Part shown: piece by piece, positions 50,215 to 59,579 of the stretch
How positions within the stretch are numbered: the stretch's first letter is position 1
How the letters are laid out: each line of letters opens with the position of its first letter
Source: Polaribacter sp.
GTDB taxonomy: Bacteria; Bacteroidota; Bacteroidia; Flavobacteriales; Flavobacteriaceae
Reading direction: 5' to 3'
NCBI GenBank assembly: GCA_029250685.1
Contig: JAQXEU010000025.1
Coordinates: 23,536 to 87,535 of the forward strand
DNA: 64,000 bases
The notes under the pieces: model-generated
What the model was told of the DNA's origin: nothing
Seen by the model: the letters and a program-made list of their open reading frames with translations, nothing else
Database searches by the model: none
Made by a program: the position numbers and the translations under genes

Positions 50215-51009
50215 CTATAAATTTCTAACTAATAAAATTGTAGAAGTAACCAAAGTAAAAATAGATACTAATGTTGTTAATGATTGTAAACCTGTTGTAC
50301 CTGTACCCCATGCTTTTTGTTTCAACGGTATTACATTGATGATGTCATTAGGTTGAATAAAATAGACTTCAGAATCAAAAAGTGTAGCCTTCGTTAGATC
50401 TAAAACATATTTTTTCCTTCCGTTAATAGTATTTCTCCATAAGACAACTTTCTTCTTATTTCCAGTAATTGTAATATCACCTGAATTTGATATAGCATCT
50501 AAAATACTTACCCTATTTTGATTGATTACTTTTGGACCAGGCTATTTAACTTCTCCAATTACTGTATATTTTATACCAGACAAACTAACGGTTACGAAGA
50601 AGTTTTCCTTCTCTCTGAAATATTTTAATAGTTTATCTTCTAATTTGATTCGAACCTCTTTTGTAGTATAACCTAAAACATTGATCTCACCGATAATAGG
50701 CAATCTAATGTTTCCATGTCTATCAACAAGATAACCTATTTGCTGATTAGTTCCGCTAGCAAAACCATTTCCTCCAGATTGTATACCACTATTTAAATTT
50801 GATTTTTTAAAGAGGTCGACAAATTTATCGTCTTTAGCTTTTAAATCAATAGTTAATACATCATCAACTTGTAATCTGTATGGTTGGTTATTTAGCTTAT
50901 AAACATCCTTCTTAGCAATTGTTTCTCCTTGTAAATAAATCAAGTCCTTGTTTGGAACACATGAAGCTAATAATATAATTAAGAAAAAGAGAAGAAATCT
51001 TTTAAACAT
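50215..51009 (-). pseudogene. wza: Wza-like polysaccharide export lipoprotein with an in-frame TAG at 50544-50542
   Basis: Lipobox LASC, YRLQVDD, LPIIGEI..LG, GEVK*PG; the same frame continues as SLBB-like sequence (ILDAISNSGDIT...IQPND) to a stop at 50215. Confidence 0.88.
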
Positions 51010-51091
51010 TCTGTAAAGTTAAAATTACTTATTCAAAATATAATTTTTATATCGCTAATCCTATAATTTTCTTTTAATTTTGACAATCTAT

Positions 51092-51865
51092 ATGTCAAAA
51101 ATCTATTCTTACATAAAATTTATAATAAAATCCACAAACCAACATGGAGTTCATTCTCCATTTGTTTATGATTTAACAACAACTTGTTTTTATAAAAAAA
51201 ACAACCCTTTAAATTATAGGTTAATTAAGAAATACCAAAACAACCTCTTAAAGAATAAAAGCAAAATTAAAGTAACTGATTTTGGGGCTGACTCTAAAGT
51301 TTTCAAAAGCAATTTAAGAGCAATAAATAGAGTTGCAAAATATGCTGGAATCAATTCTAAAAGGGCAAACTTATTAAGTGAAATTATCAATTATTTTGAA
51401 CCCAAATCAATTTTAGAAATTGGAACTTCTCTCGGTATTGGAACTACTGCTTTACATGTTGGAAATCCAAATGCAAAAATCACAACGTTAGAGGGTTGTT
51501 TAAACACAGCAGGAGTTGCAAAAAAACAATTCGAACATTTTTCTTTTCAAAATATAGATGTTGTTACTGGTGAATTTTCTAAAACACTATCAAATTTAAA
51601 ATTTGAAAAACCTTTAGATATGGTTTATTTTGATGGAAATCATCAAAAAACAGCTACTTTAGAATACTTTCAACATTGTTTACAATTCATAAATAATGAA
51701 TCTTTCTTTATTTTTGATGATATCCATTGGAGTAGAGAAATGGAATCTGCCTGGGAAGAAATAAAAAAACATCCGAAGGTAAAAGTTACAATTGACACGT
51801 TTCAATGGGGGATTGTTTTCTTTAGAAAAGAACAAGAAAAAGAACACTTTATAATTAGAGTTTAA
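51092..51865 (+). CDS. Class I SAM-dependent (O-)methyltransferase
   Basis: HGVHSPFVY, ILEIGTSLG, YFDGNH, FDDIHWS. Confidence 0.85.
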   Translation: MSKIYSYIKFIIKSTNQHGVHSPFVYDLTTTCFYKKNNPLNYRLIKKYQNNLLKNKSKIKVTDFGADSKVFKSNLRAINRVAKYAGINSKRANLLSEIINYFEPKSILEIGTSLGIGTTALHVGNPNAKITTLEGCLNTAGVAKKQFEHFSFQNIDVVTGEFSKTLSNLKFEKPLDMVYFDGNHQKTATLEYFQHCLQFINNESFFIFDDIHWSREMESAWEEIKKHPKVKVTIDTFQWGIVFFRKEQEKEHFIIRV

Positions 51866-51889
51866 TCAGATAATTTGTAATTTTACATT

Positions 51890-52465
51890 ATGAAAATTTA
51901 CACCAAAACCGGAGATAAAGGAACAACTGCTTTGTTTGGCGGGACTAGAGTTCCAAAACATCATTTAAGAATAGAATCTTACGGGACTGTTGATGAATTA
52001 AACTCATACATTGGTTTAATCAGAGATCAAGACATTGATAAAAAAGCCATCGAATCTTTGATTAGAATTCAGAATGAATTATTTACTCTTGGTGCCATGT
52101 TAGCTACTCCACCTGAAAAAGAGGTGTTAAAAAACGGAAAACAAAGATTAAATATTCCGAAAATAACAACTGTAAATATTGAATTATTAGAGAAAGAGAT
52201 TGACACAATGAATTTAGATTTACCACAGATGACGAATTTCATTTTACCAGGAGGAAATCAAACTGTGTCATTCTGTCACATTGCAAGATGTATTTGCAGA
52301 AGAAGCGAAAGGTTAGCAACAGAATTAAACGAAAACGAAAAGTTAACCCCAGCTATTTTAGAATACTTAAACAGACTTTCTGACTATCTATTTGTAATGG
52401 CACGAAAGTTGACTAAAGACTTATCAGTTAAGGAAACTCCTTGGATTCCTGAAAAAGAAAATTAA
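51890..52465 (+). CDS. pduO: Cob(I)alamin adenosyltransferase, PduO type
   Basis: KIYTKTGDKG, YGTVDELNS, FILPGG, RRSER, YLNRLSDYLF. Confidence 0.95.
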   Translation: MKIYTKTGDKGTTALFGGTRVPKHHLRIESYGTVDELNSYIGLIRDQDIDKKAIESLIRIQNELFTLGAMLATPPEKEVLKNGKQRLNIPKITTVNIELLEKEIDTMNLDLPQMTNFILPGGNQTVSFCHIARCICRRSERLATELNENEKLTPAILEYLNRLSDYLFVMARKLTKDLSVKETPWIPEKEN

Positions 52466-52554
52466 GTTCTTTCACTTTATTGACAGATTTATCAAAAAAA
52501 ACTTGATTTTCTGAATAAAAAAATTATTTTTGCAGAAAATTAAACTTTACTAAA

Positions 52555-52776
52555 ATGTATTGGACACTAGAATTAGCATCTTATTTAGCAGATGCACCTT
52601 GGCCAGCAACGAAGGACGAATTGGTAGATTACGCTATTAGAACAGGAGCGCCTTTGGAAGTTGCAGAAAACTTACAAGAAATTGAAGATGAAGGCGATGC
52701 TTATGATTCTATTATAGAAATATGGCCAGACTATCCGACCGAAGAAGATTATCTTTGGAACGAAGATGAATATTAA
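52555..52776 (+). CDS. DUF2795 family small acidic protein
   Basis: MYWTLELASYLADAPWPATKDEL; TTG-N19-TATTTTTG promoter at 52503-52532. Confidence 0.85.
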   Translation: MYWTLELASYLADAPWPATKDELVDYAIRTGAPLEVAENLQEIEDEGDAYDSIIEIWPDYPTEEDYLWNEDEY

Positions 52777-52790
52777 CAAAAATTTACATC

Positions 52791-52819
52791 AAAAAAGTCT
52801 CAATCGAGGCTTTTTTTTT
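52791..52819 (+). terminator. Intrinsic terminator
   Basis: A6-GTCTC-AATC-GAGGC-T9. Confidence 0.75.
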
Positions 52820-52936
52820 GTTTACATTTATAACTAAATTGTAATTACTGTCAATAAACAATAACTTATTTATTATCAATTAATTACAAATCAATATTCA
52901 GTTATTATAAACTGAATTTTAAATAGAAAATATACA

Positions 52937-55900
52937 ATGAGCTTATTAAATTCGGTCTTAAAAATATTTGTTGGAGACAAACAACAAAAAGATTTAAAAA
53001 TACTACAACCAATTGTTGAAAAAACTAACGCTTTTGCAAATGCAATTGACGCTTTATCTAACGATGAATTAAGAGCAAAATCAGAAGAGTTTAAAACAAA
53101 AATTAAAAAAGCAACCGACTCTTTTGAAACAAAAATTACTGAATTAGAAAAAGAAGCTTTATCAGCAGATATTGACAGACAAGAAGCTATTTATACAGAA
53201 ATTGATACTTTAAAAGATGATGCCTACGAAGCTTCTGAAGCTGTTTTATTAGACATTATGCCAGAAGCTTTTGCTGTAATAAAAGAAACGGCAAAACGTT
53301 TCACGAATAATACTGCAGTTGAAGTTAACGCTACTCCATTTGACAGAGAGCTTTCGGGAATTAGAGAAAATGTAACTTTAAATGGCGATAAATCTATTTG
53401 GTCAAATACTTGGAATGCTTCTGGACAAACAATTACTTGGGACATGATTCATTATGATGTTCAGTTAATTGGTGGTTCTGTTTTACATCAAGGAAAGATT
53501 GCAGAAATGATGACTGGAGAAGGAAAAACATTGGTTTCTACTTTACCCGTTTATCTAAATGCTCTTACCGGAAAAGGTGTTCACGTTGTTACCGTAAATG
53601 ATTATTTAGCAAAACGTGACGCTGCATGGATGGGACCAATTTTAGAATTTCATGGTTTAAGTATTGATTGTATTGATGTGCATCAACCAAATTCTGATGC
53701 GCGTAGAAAAGCATATAATGCAGATATTACATACGGAACAAATAACGAGTTTGGATTTGATTATTTGCGTGATAATATGGCGCACACAAAAGAAGAACTA
53801 GTACAAAGACCTCCAAATTATGCAATTATAGATGAAGTAGATTCTGTTTTAATTGATGATGCTCGTACACCTTTGATAATTTCTGGAGCTGTTCCTCAAG
53901 GTGACAGACACGAGTTTAACGAATTAAAACCTTTGGTATCTGATCTTGTTACTTTACAAAAACAATATTTAGTTGGTGTTTTAGCAGAAGCTAAAAAATT
54001 AATAGCAAGTGGAGATATTAAAGAAGGAGGGTTTTTACTACTAAGAGTTTTTCGTGGAATTCCTAAAAATAAAGCATTAATTAAGTTTTTATCGCAAGAA
54101 GGAATTAAAACAATTCTTCAAAAAACAGAAAATATTTACATGGCAGACAATAATAAACTGATGCCAGAAGTAGATGCAGAGTTATACTATGTAATTGAAG
54201 AAAAGAATAATTCTATCGATTTATCTGATAAAGGAATCATTCATTTATCAGGAAAAACTAGTGATGAAAATTTCTTTGTTTTACCAGATATTGGAGTGAA
54301 AATTGGTCAAATTGATGACAGTGAAGATTCTGTTGAAGAAAAAGCAAAAGTTAAAGAAGAGCTATACAAAGATTTCAGCATAAAAAGTGAGCGTATTCAC
54401 ACAATGAATCAATTATTAAAAGCCTATTCTTTATTCGAAAAAGACACAGAATATGTTGTAATTGATAATAAAGTAATGATTGTTGATGAGCAAACCGGTC
54501 GTATTATGGACGGTCGTCGTTATTCTGACGGATTACATCAAGCAATTGAAGCAAAAGAAGATGTAAAAATTGAAGACGCAACACAAACATTTGCAACAGT
54601 AACTTTACAGAATTACTTTAGAATGTATCGTAAGCTTTCTGGAATGACAGGAACGGCGGTTACTGAAGCAGGTGAACTATGGGAAATTTACAAATTGGAT
54701 GTTGTAGAAATTCCTACAAACAAACCAATTCAAAGAGACGACAAAGAAGATTTAGTTTATAAAACTACTAGAGAAAAATACAATGCAGTTATTGAAGATG
54801 TTGTTAAACTAGTTGATCAAAAAAGACCTGTTTTAGTTGGAACAACTTCGGTTGAAATTTCTGAATTATTAGGAAGAATGTTGAAAATGCGTGGAATTAA
54901 CCACAACATTTTAAATGCAAAACTACATAAGAAAGAAGCAGATATTGTTGCTGAAGCTGGTAAACCAGGAATTGTGACCATAGCTACAAACATGGCTGGT
55001 CGTGGAACAGATATTAAACTTTCTGAAGCTGTTAAAGAGGTTGGAGGTCTAGCAATTGTTGGTACAGAAAGACATGATTCTCGTAGAGTTGACAGACAGT
55101 TGCGTGGTAGAGCTGGTCGTCAAGGAGATGTTGGTTCAACACAATTTTATGTTGCTTTAGATGACAACCTGATGCGTATTTTTGGTTCTGACAGAATTGC
55201 AAAAATGATGGATAGAATGGGATTAAAAGAAGGCGAAGTAATTCAGCATTCTATGATTACCAAATCTATAGAAAGGGCGCAAAAGAAAGTAGAAGAAAAC
55301 AATTTTGGTATTCGTAAAAGATTATTAGAATATGATGATATTATGAACTCTCAACGTGAGTTTGTATATAAAAGAAGAAGACATGCTTTAGACGGAGATC
55401 GTTTAAAAATTGATATTGTAAATATGATTTTTGACACATGTCAAGTAATCGTAAATGCAAACAAGCTAACCAAAGATTTTCAGAATTTCGAATTTGAATT
55501 AATTCGTTTTTCATCAATGACTTCTCCTTTTTCTCAGGAAGAATTTGAAGCAATGGATGAACAAACTTTAATTGATAAATTATACGAAATAATTTACGCA
55601 CATTATCAAGACAAGATTGCTTCAAATGCAGTTGCTGCCTTCCCAGTTATTAAAGATGTATATGAAAATGAAGGCGATAAATACGAGCGAATTGTTGTTC
55701 CGTTTACAGATGGAATAAAAAGTTTACAAGTTGTCACAAATTTGCAGAAAGCTTATGAATCGGAAGGAAAGGAATTGGTGAAAGATTTTGAAAAAAATAT
55801 TACACTTGCCATTATTGACGAAAACTGGAAAATACATTTACGTAAAATGGATGAATTAAAAAGTTCGGTTCAGAATGCATCTTACGAACAAAAAGATCCT

Positions 55901-56269
55901 TTATTAGTTTATAAGTTTGAAGCATTTGAAATGTTCAAAGTAATGATCGATGATGTAAATAAAGAAGTTTTATCATTCTTGTTTAAAGCAGAAATCCCGA
56001 ATCAAGGAAATATTTCTGAAGCGCGTCAACAAAAAAGAGAAGCTTTAAACACAAGCAAAGCCGATGTTCAAAATAGTTCAGAACAAGCAATCAGTAATTC
56101 TAGACAGCAACAACAAGAACCTGTTGAAACTGTTGTTAGAGATCAACCAAAAATTGGCAGAAATGAACGCGTTACTATTAAAAATGTAATGAGCGGCGAA
56201 GAAAAAGAAGTAAAATACAAACAAGCAATTCCTTTAATTGATAAAGGTGAATGGGTTTTAATAAAATAA
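52937..56269 (+). CDS. secA: Preprotein translocase ATPase SecA
   Basis: MMTGEGKT, DEVDSVLIDDARTPLIISG, TNMAGRGTDI, RRVDRQLRGRAGRQGD. Confidence 0.98.
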   Translation: MSLLNSVLKIFVGDKQQKDLKILQPIVEKTNAFANAIDALSNDELRAKSEEFKTKIKKATDSFETKITELEKEALSADIDRQEAIYTEIDTLKDDAYEASEAVLLDIMPEAFAVIKETAKRFTNNTAVEVNATPFDRELSGIRENVTLNGDKSIWSNTWNASGQTITWDMIHYDVQLIGGSVLHQGKIAEMMTGEGKTLVSTLPVYLNALTGKGVHVVTVNDYLAKRDAAWMGPILEFHGLSIDCIDVHQPNSDARRKAYNADITYGTNNEFGFDYLRDNMAHTKEELVQRPPNYAIIDEVDSVLIDDARTPLIISGAVPQGDRHEFNELKPLVSDLVTLQKQYLVGVLAEAKKLIASGDIKEGGFLLLRVFRGIPKNKALIKFLSQEGIKTILQKTENIYMADNNKLMPEVDAELYYVIEEKNNSIDLSDKGIIHLSGKTSDENFFVLPDIGVKIGQIDDSEDSVEEKAKVKEELYKDFSIKSERIHTMNQLLKAYSLFEKDTEYVVIDNKVMIVDEQTGRIMDGRRYSDGLHQAIEAKEDVKIEDATQTFATVTLQNYFRMYRKLSGMTGTAVTEAGELWEIYKLDVVEIPTNKPIQRDDKEDLVYKTTREKYNAVIEDVVKLVDQKRPVLVGTTSVEISELLGRMLKMRGINHNILNAKLHKKEADIVAEAGKPGIVTIATNMAGRGTDIKLSEAVKEVGGLAIVGTERHDSRRVDRQLRGRAGRQGDVGSTQFYVALDDNLMRIFGSDRIAKMMDRMGLKEGEVIQHSMITKSIERAQKKVEENNFGIRKRLLEYDDIMNSQREFVYKRRRHALDGDRLKIDIVNMIFDTCQVIVNANKLTKDFQNFEFELIRFSSMTSPFSQEEFEAMDEQTLIDKLYEIIYAHYQDKIASNAVAAFPVIKDVYENEGDKYERIVVPFTDGIKSLQVVTNLQKAYESEGKELVKDFEKNITLAIIDENWKIHLRKMDELKSSVQNASYEQKDPLLVYKFEAFEMFKVMIDDVNKEVLSFLFKAEIPNQGNISEARQQKREALNTSKADVQNSSEQAISNSRQQQQEPVETVVRDQPKIGRNERVTIKNVMSGEEKEVKYKQAIPLIDKGEWVLIK

Positions 56270-56277
56270 TTCTTATC

Positions 56278-56487
56278 ATGAAAAAAGCAATTCCATATAT
56301 TTATTTAATTGTAGGTATTAGCTTTGTTGCTAAAGGCTTTTACGCGATTTTTAATGAGCTTGATATTTATTACTTAATATTTTCATTAGAAACGAAAAGT
56401 AAATCAATCTATGTATTATTCAATCTGTTTTTTGGTGGGTTGATTTTATTTACCGGAATTAGAAGATTACAAAGCTTTAATAAATAA
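56278..56487 (+). CDS. Small two-TM hypothetical protein
   Basis: ATG 8 nt after the secA stop; two hydrophobic segments. Confidence 0.65.
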   Translation: MKKAIPYIYLIVGISFVAKGFYAIFNELDIYYLIFSLETKSKSIYVLFNLFFGGLILFTGIRRLQSFNK

Positions 56488-56502
56488 AGTTTTCAATATT
56501 AT

Positions 56503-56536
56503 AAAAAAAGCCGAAGCAATTGCTTCGGCTTTTTTT
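56503..56536. terminator. Bidirectional terminator
   Basis: A7-GCCGAAGCA-AT-TGCTTCGGC-T7. Confidence 0.88.
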
Positions 56537-56551
56537 ATGCAATAAATTTAA

Positions 56552-57508
56552 TTACTTTTTCCTCAAATAAACGGTTCCAAAGCCAGCTTCTAATTTCATC
56601 TTTACTTTTCCTCTTCTAAGTTTCAACTTCATATGTTGCTGACCATCTAATTCTGTGTCTTGTAAAACCTTAAAATTAATATCACTATAAACTGCTGCTG
56701 CATTTGCTTCCACATTTACATCAGAACTTTGTGGCATTGTAATGTCAATAAATCCGTTGTTTGAATAAATTGAATACAGTTTTAAAGGTAGTTTCTTATC
56801 AAAAGCAACAGTAACATTCCCTCCAATAGAGTTGATAGAAACAGGGCCTGTTACATCAGTTAATTTAAAATTACTTAATGATGTGGTCAACTCAACTTCT
56901 CCGTTAAAATTAGACAATGAAGATGTTTTATTCGAGTAAAAAAAGTGCTTATTTTTATTTTCCTTTTTACAGTTGCTTGTATCCCAATTTAGTTTGATTG
57001 AATTCGGGATTTTAATCAAATAACTTTCATTACTCAACATTACAAACTGACCATTTGTTGCGTCTTTAAAAATCAATTCACCGTCTTTTTGCTCAATTGT
57101 AAAGTAAATTCCTAAATCTTTATTTTCTTGTTTTCTCCCTAATCTTTTTAAGCCTTTTTTTCTTGCTCCTTCTCTATTAGAAAAAAAAACATAACTCGTT
57201 GATATAGAATCAAGGTTTCTTGCTCTGGTAAAAGTTAGATTTTTCTTATTTGAAGAAGAGTAAACCCCTTTTACAGTTGTTTTGGGTGAACGTGAACTAT
57301 TTCTAATACCTGTAACAATTGGAAAACTGTTCTTTTTATCATGTAAACTCTTAATAATCACTTCAGCCCCATTATAACCTTCAATTTTAAATGTTTTTGA
57401 TGAACATATTTTTAAGGTTCCTTTATTGAATTTTATTTTCTTTTCTTGTGCATTTACGGCAAATACAACTGAAAAAGCGATTGCTAATATTGCTATTTTA
57501 TTCTTCAT
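56552..57508 (-). CDS. Secreted DUF4097/adhesin-like beta-strand repeat protein
   Basis: Signal peptide; repeated Gly/beta motifs (NFNGEVELTT, DVTGPVSINSIGGNV, SNNGFIDI). Confidence 0.65.
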   Translation of the reverse strand: MKNKIAILAIAFSVVFAVNAQEKKIKFNKGTLKICSSKTFKIEGYNGAEVIIKSLHDKKNSFPIVTGIRNSSRSPKTTVKGVYSSSNKKNLTFTRARNLDSISTSYVFFSNREGARKKGLKRLGRKQENKDLGIYFTIEQKDGELIFKDATNGQFVMLSNESYLIKIPNSIKLNWDTSNCKKENKNKHFFYSNKTSSLSNFNGEVELTTSLSNFKLTDVTGPVSINSIGGNVTVAFDKKLPLKLYSIYSNNGFIDITMPQSSDVNVEANAAAVYSDINFKVLQDTELDGQQHMKLKLRRGKVKMKLEAGFGTVYLRKK

Positions 57509-57510
57509 TA

Positions 57511-58119
57511 TTATTGTTTTAATTGGTTCATAGCTAAAGTTGCGTTGCTCTTAACTATCGGAAATGTCTCCTCATTATTGATGATTTCTTCAAGAGTATT
57601 CTGTGCACGATTTTCTCTTAAATAACTCAACGATTTAATTATTTTTATTTGTACTAATGGTGTTTTTTCGTTTTCTAAAGCGGTAATTAAATTGGTTCTA
57701 ACATTATCGTTTGAAGGGAATTTTAACAAGGCATCAACTGTTGCTATTTTTACATTTGCATTTTCATCTTTATGTAATATTTTAAGCAATGTTTCTATAA
57801 TTTTTGAATCTTCATTTTTAAATTCTTCGTCAAATTTATAAACACCTTCTAAACGTTTGCCTGCAGATGCGTCTTCTAAATAATTTAAAACCTCAGCTGT
57901 TTTTACCGAAACCTCTGAATCTTGATTCCATAAAATCACAGAAAACACCAATACTATACTTGCTGCTACAGCAATAAACCTTCGATAAACTACTTTCGTT
58001 TTTTTAACTGAATGCAATTCCTTTTGAAGTTTTTCTTTAAAAAGAACTTTTGATTTGGTCGACATTTCTTCCGAATCAAATTCGTTTTTATGTTGCTGTA
58101 TGTGTTCTTTTAAATTCAT
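57511..58119 (-). CDS. Single-TM HEAT-repeat protein, putative anti-sigma factor
   Basis: Short cytoplasmic N-terminus, TM IAVAASIVLVFSVIL, HEAT-like D.NANVKIATVDAL and E..PLVQIKII. Confidence 0.7.
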   Translation of the reverse strand: MNLKEHIQQHKNEFDSEEMSTKSKVLFKEKLQKELHSVKKTKVVYRRFIAVAASIVLVFSVILWNQDSEVSVKTAEVLNYLEDASAGKRLEGVYKFDEEFKNEDSKIIETLLKILHKDENANVKIATVDALLKFPSNDNVRTNLITALENEKTPLVQIKIIKSLSYLRENRAQNTLEEIINNEETFPIVKSNATLAMNQLKQ

Positions 58120-58672
58120 TATTTGTATGTTTTTGTAACAATTCTATCAATTGACCTTTCCCTCTTGCATACTGATTTCTAACAGTGCTTTCATTAATTT
58201 TTAAGATTTCAGAAATCTCTCTGTGATTATAATCTTCAATCAAATACAACACGAGAATTACTCGATACTTTTCTTTTAACTTGTTGATACATTCTTTAAT
58301 AATGTCAACTGAAAATTCTTCTGCTTTATCAAAATCTGTATCTATAAATCCTACTTCTATCTCAATCGAATCATCTAATAAAAAAATATTTTTATCTTTT
58401 CTGAGTTTATCAAAGCATAAATTGATTGCGATTCGTCGAAACCAAGCTGCTAAATTCACATCATCTTTCACTTGACCAACCTTCTGAAATCCTTTTATAA
58501 AAGCATCTTGCACCATATCTTCAGCATCTTCTCTTCGCTGTAATATTCTGAAACAACTATTGTAAAGCAAATTCTTATAACTATTATACACCTCAATTTG
58601 AGCTGAATAATCATTCTGTTTGCACTTTTGTATGACTTCTTTTTGATTCAAAAAAGATATTGTTTGGTTCAC
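58088..58672 (-). CDS. ECF sigma factor
   Basis: EDAEDMVQDAFIKGF, AWFRRIAIN, YLIEDYNHREIS..L.INESTVRNQYARGK. Confidence 0.93.
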   Translation of the reverse strand: MNQTISFLNQKEVIQKCKQNDYSAQIEVYNSYKNLLYNSCFRILQRREDAEDMVQDAFIKGFQKVGQVKDDVNLAAWFRRIAINLCFDKLRKDKNIFLLDDSIEIEVGFIDTDFDKAEEFSVDIIKECINKLKEKYRVILVLYLIEDYNHREISEILKINESTVRNQYARGKGQLIELLQKHTNNEFKRTHTAT

Positions 58673-58793
58673 CTTACATTTCTATAACGCAAGAATTTTA
58701 ATTGTGTCTCAAAAAATAGGAAAAGATTTTTATATAAAGCAAAAACGCCACTACTTTCGTAATGGCGTTGTATTATTTTTTAGAAGAAACTTC

Positions 58794-59489
58794 TTAAATA
58801 TTCTTAAAATCTGTATTCATTTTTAAGTATCCCAAAAATTCTTCTTTCGTTTCTTTATTTTTAAATTTCCCTCCAAATTCAGCAGTAACGGTAGAACTAT
58901 CAATGTCTTTAATTCCACGAGAATTTACACACAAATGTTTTGCATCAATTACACAAGCAACATCATCAGTTCCTAATGCTTCTTGCATTGCTTGCACAAC
59001 TTGCATTGTTAAACGCTCTTGAACTTGTGGTCTCTTTGCAAAATATTCTACAATTCTATTCATTTTAGAAAGTCCAATTACCTTTCCGTCAGAAATATAA
59101 GCAACATGCGCTCTACCAATAATTGGCAATAAATGATGCTCACAAGTAGAATATACAACGATATTCTTCTCAACTAACATTTCTCCGTAATTGTAATTAT
59201 TCTCAAAGGTTGATGCTGCGGGTTTATTTGCAGGATTCAATCCCATAAACAATTCGTTTACAAAAGCTTTTGCAACTCTTTTTGGAGTCCCTTGTATGCT
59301 ATCGTCTGTTAAATCCATACCCAACGTCTGTAAAATATCTTTTACGCTTTCTTGGATTCTTTCAATTTTTTCTTCGTTAGAAATATCAAACGCATCGTCT
59401 CTTAAAGGCGTCTTTGCCGATGTACCAACGTGGTTTTCTCCTATTTCTTCAACTCTATCGTCATTCATTTTGCTATTCACTTCAAACAT
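58794..59489 (-). CDS. folE: GTP cyclohydrolase I
   Basis: TPKRVAK, CEHHLLP, IGLSKMNR, RPQVQERL, HLCVNSRG. Confidence 0.97.
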   Translation of the reverse strand: MFEVNSKMNDDRVEEIGENHVGTSAKTPLRDDAFDISNEEKIERIQESVKDILQTLGMDLTDDSIQGTPKRVAKAFVNELFMGLNPANKPAASTFENNYNYGEMLVEKNIVVYSTCEHHLLPIIGRAHVAYISDGKVIGLSKMNRIVEYFAKRPQVQERLTMQVVQAMQEALGTDDVACVIDAKHLCVNSRGIKDIDSSTVTAEFGGKFKNKETKEEFLGYLKMNTDFKNI

Positions 59490-59579
59490 TTCTTTCTATA
59501 TTATTTTACAAATTTACGTGTTTGCAACGTATTTATATAAGTTTCACAATAAATTAAAACTATGATTCTATATTTATTT

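Noticed and set aside
50542-50544. Genome-wide TAG recoding as the cause of the wza stop
   Set aside because: TAG is the real stop of yggS, prfB and wza itself (50215)
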